The translations under genes were made by a program, and so were the position numbers. The notes beneath the pieces were generated by a model. It had not been told where the DNA came from. It saw only the letters and a program-made list of their open reading frames with translations, and did not search any database. From Bacteroidaceae bacterium (GTDB taxonomy: Bacteria; Pseudomonadota; Gammaproteobacteria; Enterobacterales; Succinivibrionaceae), in NCBI GenBank assembly GCA_963639245.1, contig CAVHVI010000001.1, positions 7,145 to 71,144 on the forward strand: a stretch of DNA of 64,000 nucleotides, written 5' to 3'. Below, piece after piece: positions 39,848 to 50,106 of this stretch (positions within the stretch are counted from its first letter, which is position 1; the number at the start of each line of letters is the position of its first letter).

Positions 39848-41941
39848 TTACCGACAAATCTCAAAGGGTCGTTCATCAGCACTACGCCCCTGAAACTCAT
39901 TGACTAGCTCACGCAAAAATACGCTAGGACCAGCGTACTCCATCTGTCCATACATCAAGCGCTCTTTAGCATAGGAAATATAAAGCTTTTCAATTGCACG
40001 AGTAACTCCTACATAAGCCAAGCGCCTTTCCTCAGAGATATTGCCATCACGCTCCGATCGGGCAGAAGGCAAGGTTCCATTCTCAAAGGCAATTAAGAAT
40101 ACATATTTAAACTCAAGGCCTTTAGCTGAGTGAATAGTCATGAGGTTAACTGCATTAGGTACGCTCTCGTCACTGCCATTACCAGTAATTTCAGTTCCAG
40201 CAGCTAAAGATACGGTAGATAAGAAATCAAGCAGGCGATCACTCTCCTGCAAAGCATCTGCACTATCTACTGGGAGATCAAGATAGTCATCGAGATCGGA
40301 CTCTCTATTTAATGCTCTTTCCTCAAAAGTTACGGCATTAGATACTAGCTGCTCCAAGTTTAAATGACGCTGATTGTCATACTTGCCACGCTCTTCCTTC
40401 TCATCCTTAAGTCGGTACATTTCATAGAGTCCAGACTTATTAATTACTTCCTTGATAAACTCAGCCAAGGTCTCGGCGCTACGACGATATTCCGTAAGCT
40501 CCTCATAAAGCGTTGAGAAGGCGCGTAATTTTTTGGCAAGGGAGCTTAATTCCTTAGGTGCGCCCTTCTCCTCACCATATTGTCTAATAAGACGTACGGC
40601 CTGCATGATAGAGCACTGGCGATCGGTGGCTATCTTCCTAAGACTCTCTACTACCTTAGGACCGATCTTACGTGAAGGCACATTGATAATGCGCAATAAA
40701 GCAGTGTCATCAGCTTCATTTAAAAGAACTCTCAAATAGGCTAAGGCATCTTGCACCTCAGCACGATCAAAGAATTTCAAGCCTCCATACACGGCATAGC
40801 TAATACCTCTGGTAGAAAGCTCGGCTTCAATAGGAGCTGATAGGGAGTTATTACGATAAAGCACCGCAATATCTCGTGCATTTACTCCATCATCAATAAG
40901 ATCGGCGATGAGTTTTACTACGTTGTAGCTTTCATAATAGCCACTAACGCAATTTATGATCTGCACAGGAGAGCCAGATCCCTTAACTCCCTCCAAAGAC
41001 TTGTTCACCATGCGCTCATCATTCTTTGAAATGATAGCGTTAGCCACATCCAAGATATTCTGTCTTGAGCGGTAGTTACGCATCAGCGCATAGACCTTTA
41101 CGTCCTTAAACTCCTCAGAAAAATGCTTCATATTGGTAATTTCAGCGCCACGCCAGCCATAAATTGACTGATCATCATCACCAACTACCAAGATATGCGT
41201 ATCAGGTCCTGCAATAAGCTTTAAGAGCTCGTATTGCAAGGAGCTAGTATCCTGAAACTCATCAACCAGAATTTCCTTAAAACGTCGATGCTGTAGCTCG
41301 CGCAGATCCTGATTATTTTGCAATAGCTCCTTAACTCGCAACAAGAGCTCAGAGAAATCAACCAAGCCTTCCTTATTACAGCTTTGCTCATAGGCGGGAT
41401 AAACTCTAGCAATCACTCTTTGCAAGGCACTTGAGCCGTCGTGTTTTTTTACAAAGTCACTAGCGCGAAGTCCGCGCTCTTTAAGCTTTGAAATAATTCC
41501 AACTATCTGCGCAGGCTTATATTCCTTAACATCGATATCCATCTCAACCTCGATGCGCTTAGCAAGTAGCTTTTGCCCTTCACCATCTAGAATAGAGAAA
41601 TTATTTGGAAGATTAGCTCTTGAGGAATAGGCACGCAAAATTCTTAAGCACATGGAGTGAAAGGTGGAGCACCAAATTGAATGCAAGCCCTCGTTTCCAA
41701 CAAGCATGTTAATACGTGATTCCATTTCCGCAGCGGCCTTGTTGGTAAAGGTCACGGCCATAATGGAGCGTGCAGGAATATTCTCAACCTTCAAAAGCCA
41801 AGCGATGCGCGATACCAGCACTCTAGTCTTGCCAGTACCAGCACCAGCCACGATCAACATATTCTGCAAGGGAGCACTTACTACATCACATTGCTGTTCG
41901 TTTAGTCCCTTAAGTAAAAATTCAGAATTCTTATTAGCCAT
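39848..41941 (-). CDS. uvrD: DNA helicase II, lacking the C-terminal Tudor-like domain
   Basis: AGAGTGKT, FTNKAA, DEFQDT, GDDDQSIYGWRGA, HSAKGLEF, EERRLAYVGVTRA. Follows xerC-yigB. Confidence 0.93.
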   Translation of the reverse strand: MANKNSEFLLKGLNEQQCDVVSAPLQNMLIVAGAGTGKTRVLVSRIAWLLKVENIPARSIMAVTFTNKAAAEMESRINMLVGNEGLHSIWCSTFHSMCLRILRAYSSRANLPNNFSILDGEGQKLLAKRIEVEMDIDVKEYKPAQIVGIISKLKERGLRASDFVKKHDGSSALQRVIARVYPAYEQSCNKEGLVDFSELLLRVKELLQNNQDLRELQHRRFKEILVDEFQDTSSLQYELLKLIAGPDTHILVVGDDDQSIYGWRGAEITNMKHFSEEFKDVKVYALMRNYRSRQNILDVANAIISKNDERMVNKSLEGVKGSGSPVQIINCVSGYYESYNVVKLIADLIDDGVNARDIAVLYRNNSLSAPIEAELSTRGISYAVYGGLKFFDRAEVQDALAYLRVLLNEADDTALLRIINVPSRKIGPKVVESLRKIATDRQCSIMQAVRLIRQYGEEKGAPKELSSLAKKLRAFSTLYEELTEYRRSAETLAEFIKEVINKSGLYEMYRLKDEKEERGKYDNQRHLNLEQLVSNAVTFEERALNRESDLDDYLDLPVDSADALQESDRLLDFLSTVSLAAGTEITGNGSDESVPNAVNLMTIHSAKGLEFKYVFLIAFENGTLPSARSERDGNISEERRLAYVGVTRAIEKLYISYAKERLMYGQMEYAGPSVFLRELVNEFQGRSADERPFEICR

Positions 41942-41948
41942 AACTCAC

Positions 41949-42674
41949 CTAAAGGAGCAAAGTACGTAATTCTTCAAGATCATTTAAAACAAGGTGCGGT
42001 AAGACTCTAATAGCCTCAAAGCCTGCATTCTTACCAGCAATTCCATTTACAAGCCAAGCAGCATTTAATCCTGCATCAACTGCACCCTTGATATCCGTTA
42101 TAGGATCATCTCCTATATGCAGCATTTCACAAGGTTTTACCCCAAGCTTTTGCGCTGCTAATAAAAAGAGATCAGGCTTAGGCTTACACAATGGGCCATT
42201 AAAGCAAGGGCGCAAATCTATATCAAAATAGCACTCTAAGCCATCCTGCTTTAAATCAGAATTGCCATTGGATAGGGCCGCGATGGGATAGCGTTGCCTC
42301 AGATCTGCTAATAATGTTAAAGAGGCTTGTGGCACCGTAAGCTCCGAGCGAATACGGATAAAGTGTAAGGCCTGCTCATGCGCATCAGCCTCACTAATTG
42401 CAATTCCCAAGGATTTTAAGCCATGCATGATGGAGTGAGTACGCCATAGCGTCATATCACTTTCATAGCGACTATCCTTTTTTAGCAAAGCCTTACGCAT
42501 AGCTGACCAAAAGGCAGGATCGGAGGCTTCCTCTTTTAAAGCATATTTCTCGCATAGATACTTAGAAAAAAGCCTTTCAGCTCGAGATATCACCGGCACA
42601 TTGTCATAGAGAGTATCGTCAAGATCGAAGGACAAAGCTTTAATTGGGCCTGCTAAGCCTTTGAAAAATATCAT
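41949..42674 (-). CDS. yigB: HAD-family phosphatase YigB
   Basis: SFDLDDTLYDN, SNGN, KP, HIGD...D. Synteny. Confidence 0.88.
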   Translation of the reverse strand: MIFFKGLAGPIKALSFDLDDTLYDNVPVISRAERLFSKYLCEKYALKEEASDPAFWSAMRKALLKKDSRYESDMTLWRTHSIMHGLKSLGIAISEADAHEQALHFIRIRSELTVPQASLTLLADLRQRYPIAALSNGNSDLKQDGLECYFDIDLRPCFNGPLCKPKPDLFLLAAQKLGVKPCEMLHIGDDPITDIKGAVDAGLNAAWLVNGIAGKNAGFEAIRVLPHLVLNDLEELRTLLL

Positions 42675-43609
42675 TTAGGATCCTTGGGATCTTTCTGCCC
42701 TTTCTTCATTAATGCACGAGGGTGCGCGGCATTGTATACCTTGCGCAGATGAGCAAAATCAAGATTAGTATAAATTTGCGTAGCCGCTAGCGATGAATGT
42801 CCTAGCATCTCCTGCACTGATCTTAGATCAGCCCCATGCTCAACTAAGGTAGTGGCAAAGGAGTGTCGAAGCTTATGTGGAAAAAGCTCAATATTAAGTC
42901 CTGCGCTATACGCTAGCTTCTGCAGATTTTGCTCAACAGCCCGCGTGGTCATGCCACGGCCTAGGCGACTTAAAAAAAGCGCATCATCCTGAGGCTCAAA
43001 TTCATCACGTATTTTAAGATAAGCACCGATTTTTGTTATTGCCTGAGTGCCTACTGGAACAACTCTCGTTTTATTGCCCTTACCTGTAACTCTCACCTCA
43101 GAAATTGCGGCATTGTAATCTGTAAGCTGTAAAGAAGTAAGCTCAGATACGCGCAGGCCTGAAGAGAATAAAAGCTCTGCTATTGCCAGATCTCTTATTT
43201 GGAATTTATTTTGAGGCGCAAAGCTTAAAAGAGTATTGAGCTCGTTTAAAGTCAAGATCTTAGGTAACGGACGTTTTACCTTGGGGGCTTTGATATAGCT
43301 AAAAGGAGAGCTCTCAAGTCTCCCCTTAGCTAGCATGAATTTAAAAAAAGAGCTCAACGCATAGAGATCGTGCGCAACCGAGGTCGAGCTTAAGGTATTG
43401 GCATCCACACCAAAATTAAACTCGCGCGCTAAAATGCGCATCTCCCGCTGTCCTACCTTATCCCATGAGCTAACATCGGGTGCCTCAGATGAGAGTGCGG
43501 CAATTGCTTTATGCATCACTCTCTCATAGGCATCTGCTGTCTTAGCGCTATAGCGCTTCTCATGCAAAAGGTAGGAAATAAAATCCTGTGCGTCCTCAAC
43601 TAGCGCCAT
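42671..43609 (-). CDS. xerC: Tyrosine recombinase XerC
   Basis: SGLRVSEL, GKGNK, HKLRHSFAT, LGH, TQIYT. Lies between dapF and yigB. Confidence 0.92.
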   Translation of the reverse strand: MALVEDAQDFISYLLHEKRYSAKTADAYERVMHKAIAALSSEAPDVSSWDKVGQREMRILAREFNFGVDANTLSSTSVAHDLYALSSFFKFMLAKGRLESSPFSYIKAPKVKRPLPKILTLNELNTLLSFAPQNKFQIRDLAIAELLFSSGLRVSELTSLQLTDYNAAISEVRVTGKGNKTRVVPVGTQAITKIGAYLKIRDEFEPQDDALFLSRLGRGMTTRAVEQNLQKLAYSAGLNIELFPHKLRHSFATTLVEHGADLRSVQEMLGHSSLAATQIYTNLDFAHLRKVYNAAHPRALMKKGQKDPKDPK

Positions 43610-44442
43610 TAGATAATGATGCTTCCTTCATAGACACGCACGGCATCTCCGGACATCATTACAGGACCTTGCTTGCCATCCCAAGAAAGCTTTAAGGTGC
43701 CACCCTTTAAATTTACGGTTACTGGAGATTTAACTCTACCCTGCTTGATGGCCACACTCACCGCCGCGCAGGCACCTGAGCCACAAGCTAGAGTTTCACC
43801 ACAGCCACGCTCAAATACACGCAAATTTAAGGAATGCTCAGAGGTTACCTGAGCAAAGCCAACATTTACGCGCTCAGGGAAATCCTTATGACTTTCAAGC
43901 TGAGGGCCTAGGCTTTCCACAGGAGCAGTCTTCACATCATCCCAGAAGGTTACGAAATGAGGATTACCCATAGAAACGGCGCCACCTGCAACTACAGTGC
44001 CGTCATCTAAGCTTAGATCATAGCTATCCTTTTCCTCTTTTGCATTAAAGGGCAAGGCAGAGGGGGCAAAGTTTGGCGCGCCCATATTTACGGTGACCGT
44101 ACCGTCATCATTGGCAATAAGCTTAAGACGTCCTGATACCGTGGTAACGTTGATCTCTTTTTTATTGATTAATCCATGATCAAGCACAAAGCGGGCAAAG
44201 CAACGGGCGCCATTGCCACACATCTGTACCTCAGAGCCATCGGCATTGAAAATGCGATAGTGGAAATCAACCTCAGGATCATAAGGAGGCTCAACTACTA
44301 ACAACTGATCAAAGCCAATACCAAAATGGCGATCGGCTAGCTTTTTAATAAGCTCTGGACTAAAGAAAAACTTTTGGGTTACGGCATTGACCACCATGAA
44401 GTCATTGCCAAGTCCCTGCATCTTGGTAAATTTCAATAGCAT
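43609..44442 (-). CDS. dapF: Diaminopimelate epimerase
   Basis: [32 protein letters not shown]. Confidence 0.97.
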   Translation of the reverse strand: MLLKFTKMQGLGNDFMVVNAVTQKFFFSPELIKKLADRHFGIGFDQLLVVEPPYDPEVDFHYRIFNADGSEVQMCGNGARCFARFVLDHGLINKKEINVTTVSGRLKLIANDDGTVTVNMGAPNFAPSALPFNAKEEKDSYDLSLDDGTVVAGGAVSMGNPHFVTFWDDVKTAPVESLGPQLESHKDFPERVNVGFAQVTSEHSLNLRVFERGCGETLACGSGACAAVSVAIKQGRVKSPVTVNLKGGTLKLSWDGKQGPVMMSGDAVRVYEGSIII

Positions 44443-44452
44443 CTTTCTATCC

Positions 44453-45697
44453 TTAGTCAACGATCTGCTCAAGTTCCATCATCTGCTCAAAGCTCTGACG
44501 CTTGCGTACTACATGAGATTTAGTGCCATCTACCAAGATCTCGGTTGCAAGGCGGCGTGAATTATAGTTTGATGACATGGAGCTACCATAAGCACCAGCG
44601 CCACGTACGGCTAAGACATCACCCACATTAGCTGCAAGCATTCTATCCTTGCCTAAGAAATCATCAGACTCACAGATAGGACCAACTACATCATATTTGA
44701 TGGGATCTTCTGCATGCTCGGTGGCATTTACGATAGTCATATGAGCGTTATATAGTGCAGGACGGATAAGATCGTTCATGGCTCCATCAGTTACTAAGAA
44801 CTGCTTATCACCATTGTGCTTCTTATAAACTACCTTACAAGCCAAAATACCAGCATTGGCTACCATAGCACGGCCAGGCTCAATATAAAGTGCGCAATCT
44901 AAGCTCTTAAAGCGCTCACAAATACCATCAAAGAAATCATCAGGTGAAGGAGGGAGCTCATCATCATAGGTAACACCTAAGCCACCGCCTAAATCGATAT
45001 GATCAACATAGATACCAGCAGCCTGCAAACGCTTATAGAAGGCAATTATTTTATCTGCAGCCTCTAAAATAGGTACACAGGAGGTCATTTGGGAGCCAAT
45101 ATGACAATCAATACCGGCAACATGTAAATTAGGATCCTGCGCCATCTTTAAATAAAGCTCATAGGCCTCATCGGTGCAGATACCAAACTTATTATTCTTA
45201 AGACCGGTGGAAATTGCAGGAAGGGTTCTAGCATCCACATCAGGATTGATACGAAGTGCGACCGGGGCCTTTACACCAAGACGTGCGGCTACGGCAGATA
45301 CTGCTTGGAGCTCTTCTGCAGACTCCACATTTAAGCAGCGAATACCAGACTTTAGCGCAAACTCAAGCTCAGCCTCAGTTTTGCCAACACCTGAGAACAC
45401 AGTCTTTGATGGATCACCACCTGCAGCGATCACACGACGAAGTTCACCTTCGGAGACAATATCAAAACCAGATCCAAGCTTAGCCATCAAATGAATTAGA
45501 GCTAAATTGGAGTTTGACTTAACACTATAGCAGACCAAGTGAGGAATACGGGACAGGGCGCGCTCGAAGGAGTTGTAATGACGCTCTAAGGTAGCCTTAG
45601 AATAGATGTAGAGGGGAGTACCATATTGCTCTGCTAGAGCTTTTACCTCTAGATCCTCTGCAAACAGGCTGCCATTTTTAAAATTAAAGAAATCCAT
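44453..45697 (-). CDS. lysA: Diaminopimelate decarboxylase
   Basis: [32 protein letters not shown]. Confidence 0.96.
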   Translation of the reverse strand: MDFFNFKNGSLFAEDLEVKALAEQYGTPLYIYSKATLERHYNSFERALSRIPHLVCYSVKSNSNLALIHLMAKLGSGFDIVSEGELRRVIAAGGDPSKTVFSGVGKTEAELEFALKSGIRCLNVESAEELQAVSAVAARLGVKAPVALRINPDVDARTLPAISTGLKNNKFGICTDEAYELYLKMAQDPNLHVAGIDCHIGSQMTSCVPILEAADKIIAFYKRLQAAGIYVDHIDLGGGLGVTYDDELPPSPDDFFDGICERFKSLDCALYIEPGRAMVANAGILACKVVYKKHNGDKQFLVTDGAMNDLIRPALYNAHMTIVNATEHAEDPIKYDVVGPICESDDFLGKDRMLAANVGDVLAVRGAGAYGSSMSSNYNSRRLATEILVDGTKSHVVRKRQSFEQMMELEQIVD

Positions 45698-45717
45698 TTT
45701 TATCTCCGAGCTTTTGA

Positions 45718-46002
45718 TTATCTGGTGGTAGCAGAGGCCTTATCGCCTACATTGGTGCTGTTAAGAGCAGAGCTTACCTTATCTGCATCAGATAGGGCTT
45801 CGTCATTAGCACTGACATTAGCACTCTCTTGAGCATCAGCATCGGTAGTTGCTGTCTCATTTGAAGGAGCTACCTGAGCTACAGGCTCCTCATCAGCAAC
45901 CACGGCGCTATCATCCTCAGGTGGCATATATAAGGGTCCCTTAATACCACAGCCTGCAATAAAGGATGAAAGCATAAGCACTGCAAATAACTTAAAATTC
46001 AT
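45718..46002 (-). CDS. lptM: Small lipoprotein LptM/YifL (LppL)
   Basis: Lipobox IAGC followed by GIKGPLYMP. Upstream of lysA-dapF. Confidence 0.85.
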   Translation of the reverse strand: MNFKLFAVLMLSSFIAGCGIKGPLYMPPEDDSAVVADEEPVAQVAPSNETATTDADAQESANVSANDEALSDADKVSSALNSTNVGDKASATTR

Positions 46003-46162
46003 AAAATTTTCTCCAAAGCTTAAGCTTTGAGCTATCGTCGGCAGAAGCTTTAACTTACCCCTGACGAATATAAATTCACAATCTGTAAACTATAACACGA
46101 ACATAGCTGTTACTTAATTTTACCAATCAAGCGCACATTCACGACGCAATTATAAATACTGT

Positions 46163-48616
46163 CTACAGCCTAATTGAGAAGGGATGAATGGAGCGAAAAT
46201 CATGCGAAAGCACAAAATACTGCGGCAAATTAAAGTTCACTGCATAATTCGTATGATCCTCAGTCTGGCGTGTGACAAAGCGATTCACCGCATTCACGAG
46301 CTCTGAGCGGGATCCTATGTAATCTCTATACACCATCACCTTATTTTGCTCATCAGCAACATATATATCCCAATGCCCTTTCTCTCTAAGCGGGGCAAAG
46401 AAATACTGCGTAATACCAATTGAAGCACTAGATTCAACCGCCATTGGCACTTGTAGCGCATACTCAGGACGCATGCCATAACGGGTAAGCACCGTAATAT
46501 CCACCGTGCCAAAGGGAGAGTGACGGGTAATGGAAATACCACGCGAGCCTGAGTTTTTAGCAGTATAGGTCTCAGTGCCCACCTCAAAGCTATAGCTTGA
46601 GTCACTATCAAGCGCACACCAGGCAAGCTCACGCAATAGCTCCTCTAAGTCATAGCGAATAAGCTCACCGCAGTTTATAGAGCAGGAGTAAAAGGTGGTG
46701 CGCTTAACTAAAGAGCTATCAATTTCATCCTTAGCGTTTTGGCGCATCACATAAGTCATAAGCTCCACCACTCCCTGCGCGCCGTTGGCAAAATGATGAC
46801 AATTAACCTCGCCCCAGGAATTAACCGTAACCGCCGCCACCGAGCCAATCAAGCAACGCTTATCATGGCCACAGCTTAAGGATGTGCCCTCGGCAGCACC
46901 CACAGAAATAGTCGCATCTGCGGTTTCATCCTGCTCAAAATTAATTAAGGCCAAACACTCTCTTAAACGACGCGTACGCGAGAGATCCTGCTGCACTACA
47001 TTTAAATCAGCCTTTTCAAAGAAATCTAAAAGCTGATCGACAAGGCGATTTACCTTAGCTTGCAAGGATGAATTCTCAGGCCCCTTGCAGATTATCCTAG
47101 TTTCATGATCGCAGATACCGTTATATACGCACCAAACGACTGCTTCAGTAAGAGTTTTGCAAGAATAGATTTCACCAGTTTCAAGGAGGGCAAAGGGATC
47201 GGCTGATGCATATACGTGCCAGCCCTTAAAGCACAGTCTATTATCGCCGGTATAAATGAAATAAAGCTTTTTTTGAGTTATCGAGCCTAAGAGCGAGCGA
47301 CTTAAATGCAAAATTTTTCCTGCATAACAGTCATAGGCAGCATAGAGCTTTCTTGATAACACTCCAGCATCATCGGAGGTAATTGCATACTCAATACCAT
47401 GGGATACTGAAAAGCCTAAAAGCGCCTTATAGCTTTTCATGAAGGAATCAAAGAGCTGCTGCTCTGTCTTTAAAACATCTTCCACACTGCGCTTTTTTAA
47501 AATATCGCGCGCATCCTGCGATCTAAAATTCCATTTCCACAGCATGCACAGACGACGTAGTAATCTTATGCGTACCTGCTTTTGCTTGCATTCGGGCATA
47601 CCCTCTAAGGCATTGCTTATCTTTAAATAAAAGCAACGGCGCACGAGCTCCAAGCGCTCAAAATCTGCAATAGCTTTTAAATAAATCGCCACATTGCGAT
47701 ACATCAAAAAATAAGCATCAACCCCAAGGCCACTACGAATATTTTTAAAAAGCTGACGCTTAAACTGCAGAGATACCAATTCCACACTTGGATAATTGGC
47801 AGCATAGGCCTCCATCAAAAGACTTTTTAAAACGGCCTTAAAGGGAGAGTCGATACCCTTATACAAAAGCCACAAGCCTGAGCCAAAGTATTCAGAGGGG
47901 GAGCTTTTGGTAATTGAGCCAAAATCAAACCAGAGATCAGCACGCCCAAAGCCACTTTGTTGCAAAGCCTCTACCGCTTTTCGATAATCCTTAAGCTCTT
48001 CATCTGGAGAGATCAAATACCAGATAATACAGCGTCCACAGATCCTCAAGGAGCTTCGATAAAACTCATCTAATAAAAAGAGTGACTGCGCACTACCACA
48101 ATCCTCAGTGTCCATCTCACCAGACATTCCGCGCGTAAAGCGATCCTCGGGAGTAATAAATAAATTTACCTCCACTCCTAACGATGCGGCATAAGAGGTA
48201 ATAAAGGAGCATTTATCGCGCAGTGTGGCGGTTTCGTCATCAGAGAGATCAGATCCCACACATACCCACAGATCCAAATCTGAAGCCTTGCCCTGGCCAA
48301 TGGATGCCGTCGATCCCATGCAATAAAGGGCCTTAATACTGTGTTTACCTGAGGAGGGCTTTGTAGGATCGACCCCTAACCTTGAAAGCCAAGCGCTTTG
48401 ATAAGCATTTGGCTTAAAGCCATCGATGCCATAGGGAATGTCTTTTGCTCTAAAGCCTGGGATATGCGGATCGTTGTAATGCAGTATCACCGGTACCTGC
48501 TCAAAAATATTGCGCGTACGCCTATCCATGACCTCCTTGGCCGCAGACAGACGTTCTTCATTGAAGGCTATATAGCGCTCGTATCTTAAAGAGGCTTCTT
48601 CTTTGGTGATTTGCAT
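46163..48616 (-). CDS. cyaA: Class I adenylate cyclase (start uncertain; frame is open to 48787)
   Basis: LYCMGSTASIGQ..SDLDLWVC, CGSAQ..LLDEFYRS, LYKGIDSPFKAVLK, FNLPQYF. Confidence 0.93.
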   Translation of the reverse strand: MQITKEEASLRYERYIAFNEERLSAAKEVMDRRTRNIFEQVPVILHYNDPHIPGFRAKDIPYGIDGFKPNAYQSAWLSRLGVDPTKPSSGKHSIKALYCMGSTASIGQGKASDLDLWVCVGSDLSDDETATLRDKCSFITSYAASLGVEVNLFITPEDRFTRGMSGEMDTEDCGSAQSLFLLDEFYRSSLRICGRCIIWYLISPDEELKDYRKAVEALQQSGFGRADLWFDFGSITKSSPSEYFGSGLWLLYKGIDSPFKAVLKSLLMEAYAANYPSVELVSLQFKRQLFKNIRSGLGVDAYFLMYRNVAIYLKAIADFERLELVRRCFYLKISNALEGMPECKQKQVRIRLLRRLCMLWKWNFRSQDARDILKKRSVEDVLKTEQQLFDSFMKSYKALLGFSVSHGIEYAITSDDAGVLSRKLYAAYDCYAGKILHLSRSLLGSITQKKLYFIYTGDNRLCFKGWHVYASADPFALLETGEIYSCKTLTEAVVWCVYNGICDHETRIICKGPENSSLQAKVNRLVDQLLDFFEKADLNVVQQDLSRTRRLRECLALINFEQDETADATISVGAAEGTSLSCGHDKRCLIGSVAAVTVNSWGEVNCHHFANGAQGVVELMTYVMRQNAKDEIDSSLVKRTTFYSCSINCGELIRYDLEELLRELAWCALDSDSSYSFEVGTETYTAKNSGSRGISITRHSPFGTVDITVLTRYGMRPEYALQVPMAVESSASIGITQYFFAPLREKGHWDIYVADEQNKVMVYRDYIGSRSELVNAVNRFVTRQTEDHTNYAVNFNLPQYFVLSHDFRSIHPFSIRL

Positions 48617-48801
48617 GTGAGTTTTATTTAGCTTGAACGTTCCTATTATACTCATCTGTGCTTTAGCTTGCTTTTGCAAGCGCATCGAAACTTTGTAACT
48701 TTTGGCTGTGCTAAAATCAGTAGTGGCATGATGTAAGCTATTATTCTTACAAGCAGATAAAAGGATCTCATTGCCCCGAATTTTCAATTTTGAGGTGTCA
48801 C

Positions 48802-50106
48802 ATGCAGGACAACACCAGTAACGATAAGCAAGAAGCGCTGAGTGCTAAATTAGAGGCTGAGGCTCAGGTAATTGAAGAGCAGGCTGAAGCCTTAAAAAAG
48901 GAAGAGCAGGCACAACGCTCTCAAGCTGTTACCACTACTAATAATACTAAGGTTGCACCAAAAGATCTCCCGCAGCAGCTACAGCAGGTCAAAGGACGCG
49001 TAAGCATACTTACGGCTTTGACGGTTTTAGTAATTGCCGGAGCAGCCGCCGGTGGCTTCTTCTTATCAGAGCAGTTAAACAAGGCTGTAGTTGAGTCAAA
49101 CGCAGTTAAGGCTTCTTCTCAGGATGCAGCCGATCGTGCTGATAAAATTCTTGCAACCTTCTCAGAGCAAAACGCTCGCATCTCTACCCTGCTTGAAACT
49201 AATGATAAGCTTAAGGATGAGAATCAAAGCTTAAAGGCTGATATGGCAGCCTTATCCTCACGCCTTGATGTAACCGATCAAAAGCTTGCAGATGCCAGCC
49301 TCAAGCTCTCGCAATACGAGCAACGCAATCCTAATGATTGGATGCTTGCGCAGGCCTACTTCCTCGTAAATTCAGCCTATCAAGCAGCCGTTTTCCAAGC
49401 TGATACCACCTCTGCGCTCTGGTGTCTTAAGGATGCCGATGCCCTGCTTTTAAATATGGAGGATCAAGAGGTTGTCGCCATTCGCAAGGCTATAGCATCA
49501 GATTTAATTAAGCTTGCTAATGTGCCTTCGGTGGATAAGCGCGGGATCCTCTTTAAGCTAGATAGCGTCTGTGAAAACCTAAGTGCCATGACCTTAAATG
49601 GCATGGATGATAGCTTTGGTGCTAAAAATAAGCTTAAGCAAGAGGATAGCGGCTTAGTATCAGATATTAGCAACTGGCAGAGCAATTTGTGGCGTGCGGT
49701 CAAGGACTTCTCCTCACGCTTTATTGAGATCCGTCGCCGTGATGATCACGCGCTCTCAGAGTTTTTATCCTCAGCTCAGGAAGAAACTCTGCGTGAGAAC
49801 ATTCGTGCCCTACTGCTACTTGCCAAGCAAAGCCTCACTCAAAGCGATGCTGCCTCCTATAAGAGCAATATCAATCAAGCCATAGAGCTAATCCAAGGAT
49901 ACTATGATGCCTCCTCTGAGGCTACCAAAGCTAATCTTGCAACCTTGGACTCTATAAAAGACCTACAAGTAGTAGTTGATGTCCCCTCCGTGCTATCAAG
50001 CTACAGTACCTTCAGAGAGCTAGCATCCTCTCGTCTTAAGGTTATCTCACCTTCAGTAAATAGCGCCGATAACGCTGAACAGGCTGAAAATGGGAGCGAC
50101 AAATGA
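48802..50106 (+). CDS. hemX: HemX-family membrane-anchored coiled-coil protein
   Basis: One TM helix, coiled coil, DWMLAQAYFLV, L.DAD..L, FIEIRRRD. Paired with hemY and divergent from cyaA. GAGGT SD. Confidence 0.85.
   Translation: MQDNTSNDKQEALSAKLEAEAQVIEEQAEALKKEEQAQRSQAVTTTNNTKVAPKDLPQQLQQVKGRVSILTALTVLVIAGAAAGGFFLSEQLNKAVVESNAVKASSQDAADRADKILATFSEQNARISTLLETNDKLKDENQSLKADMAALSSRLDVTDQKLADASLKLSQYEQRNPNDWMLAQAYFLVNSAYQAAVFQADTTSALWCLKDADALLLNMEDQEVVAIRKAIASDLIKLANVPSVDKRGILFKLDSVCENLSAMTLNGMDDSFGAKNKLKQEDSGLVSDISNWQSNLWRAVKDFSSRFIEIRRRDDHALSEFLSSAQEETLRENIRALLLLAKQSLTQSDAASYKSNINQAIELIQGYYDASSEATKANLATLDSIKDLQVVVDVPSVLSSYSTFRELASSRLKVISPSVNSADNAEQAENGSDK

Noticed and set aside
28444..41941. 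Gabija-like system (OLD nuclease plus UvrD helicase)
   Set aside because: The genes are about 9.5 kb apart, separated by core genes, and uvrD is in its normal operon.
42671..43609. Tyrosine recombinase as a phage or island integrase
   Set aside because: It sits in the housekeeping dapF-xerC-yigB-uvrD context with overlapping genes. It is XerC.
48617..48787. 57-aa N-terminal extension of CyaA
   Set aside because: Similarity to class I cyclases begins near MQITK (48616). The upstream frame covers the divergent promoter region.
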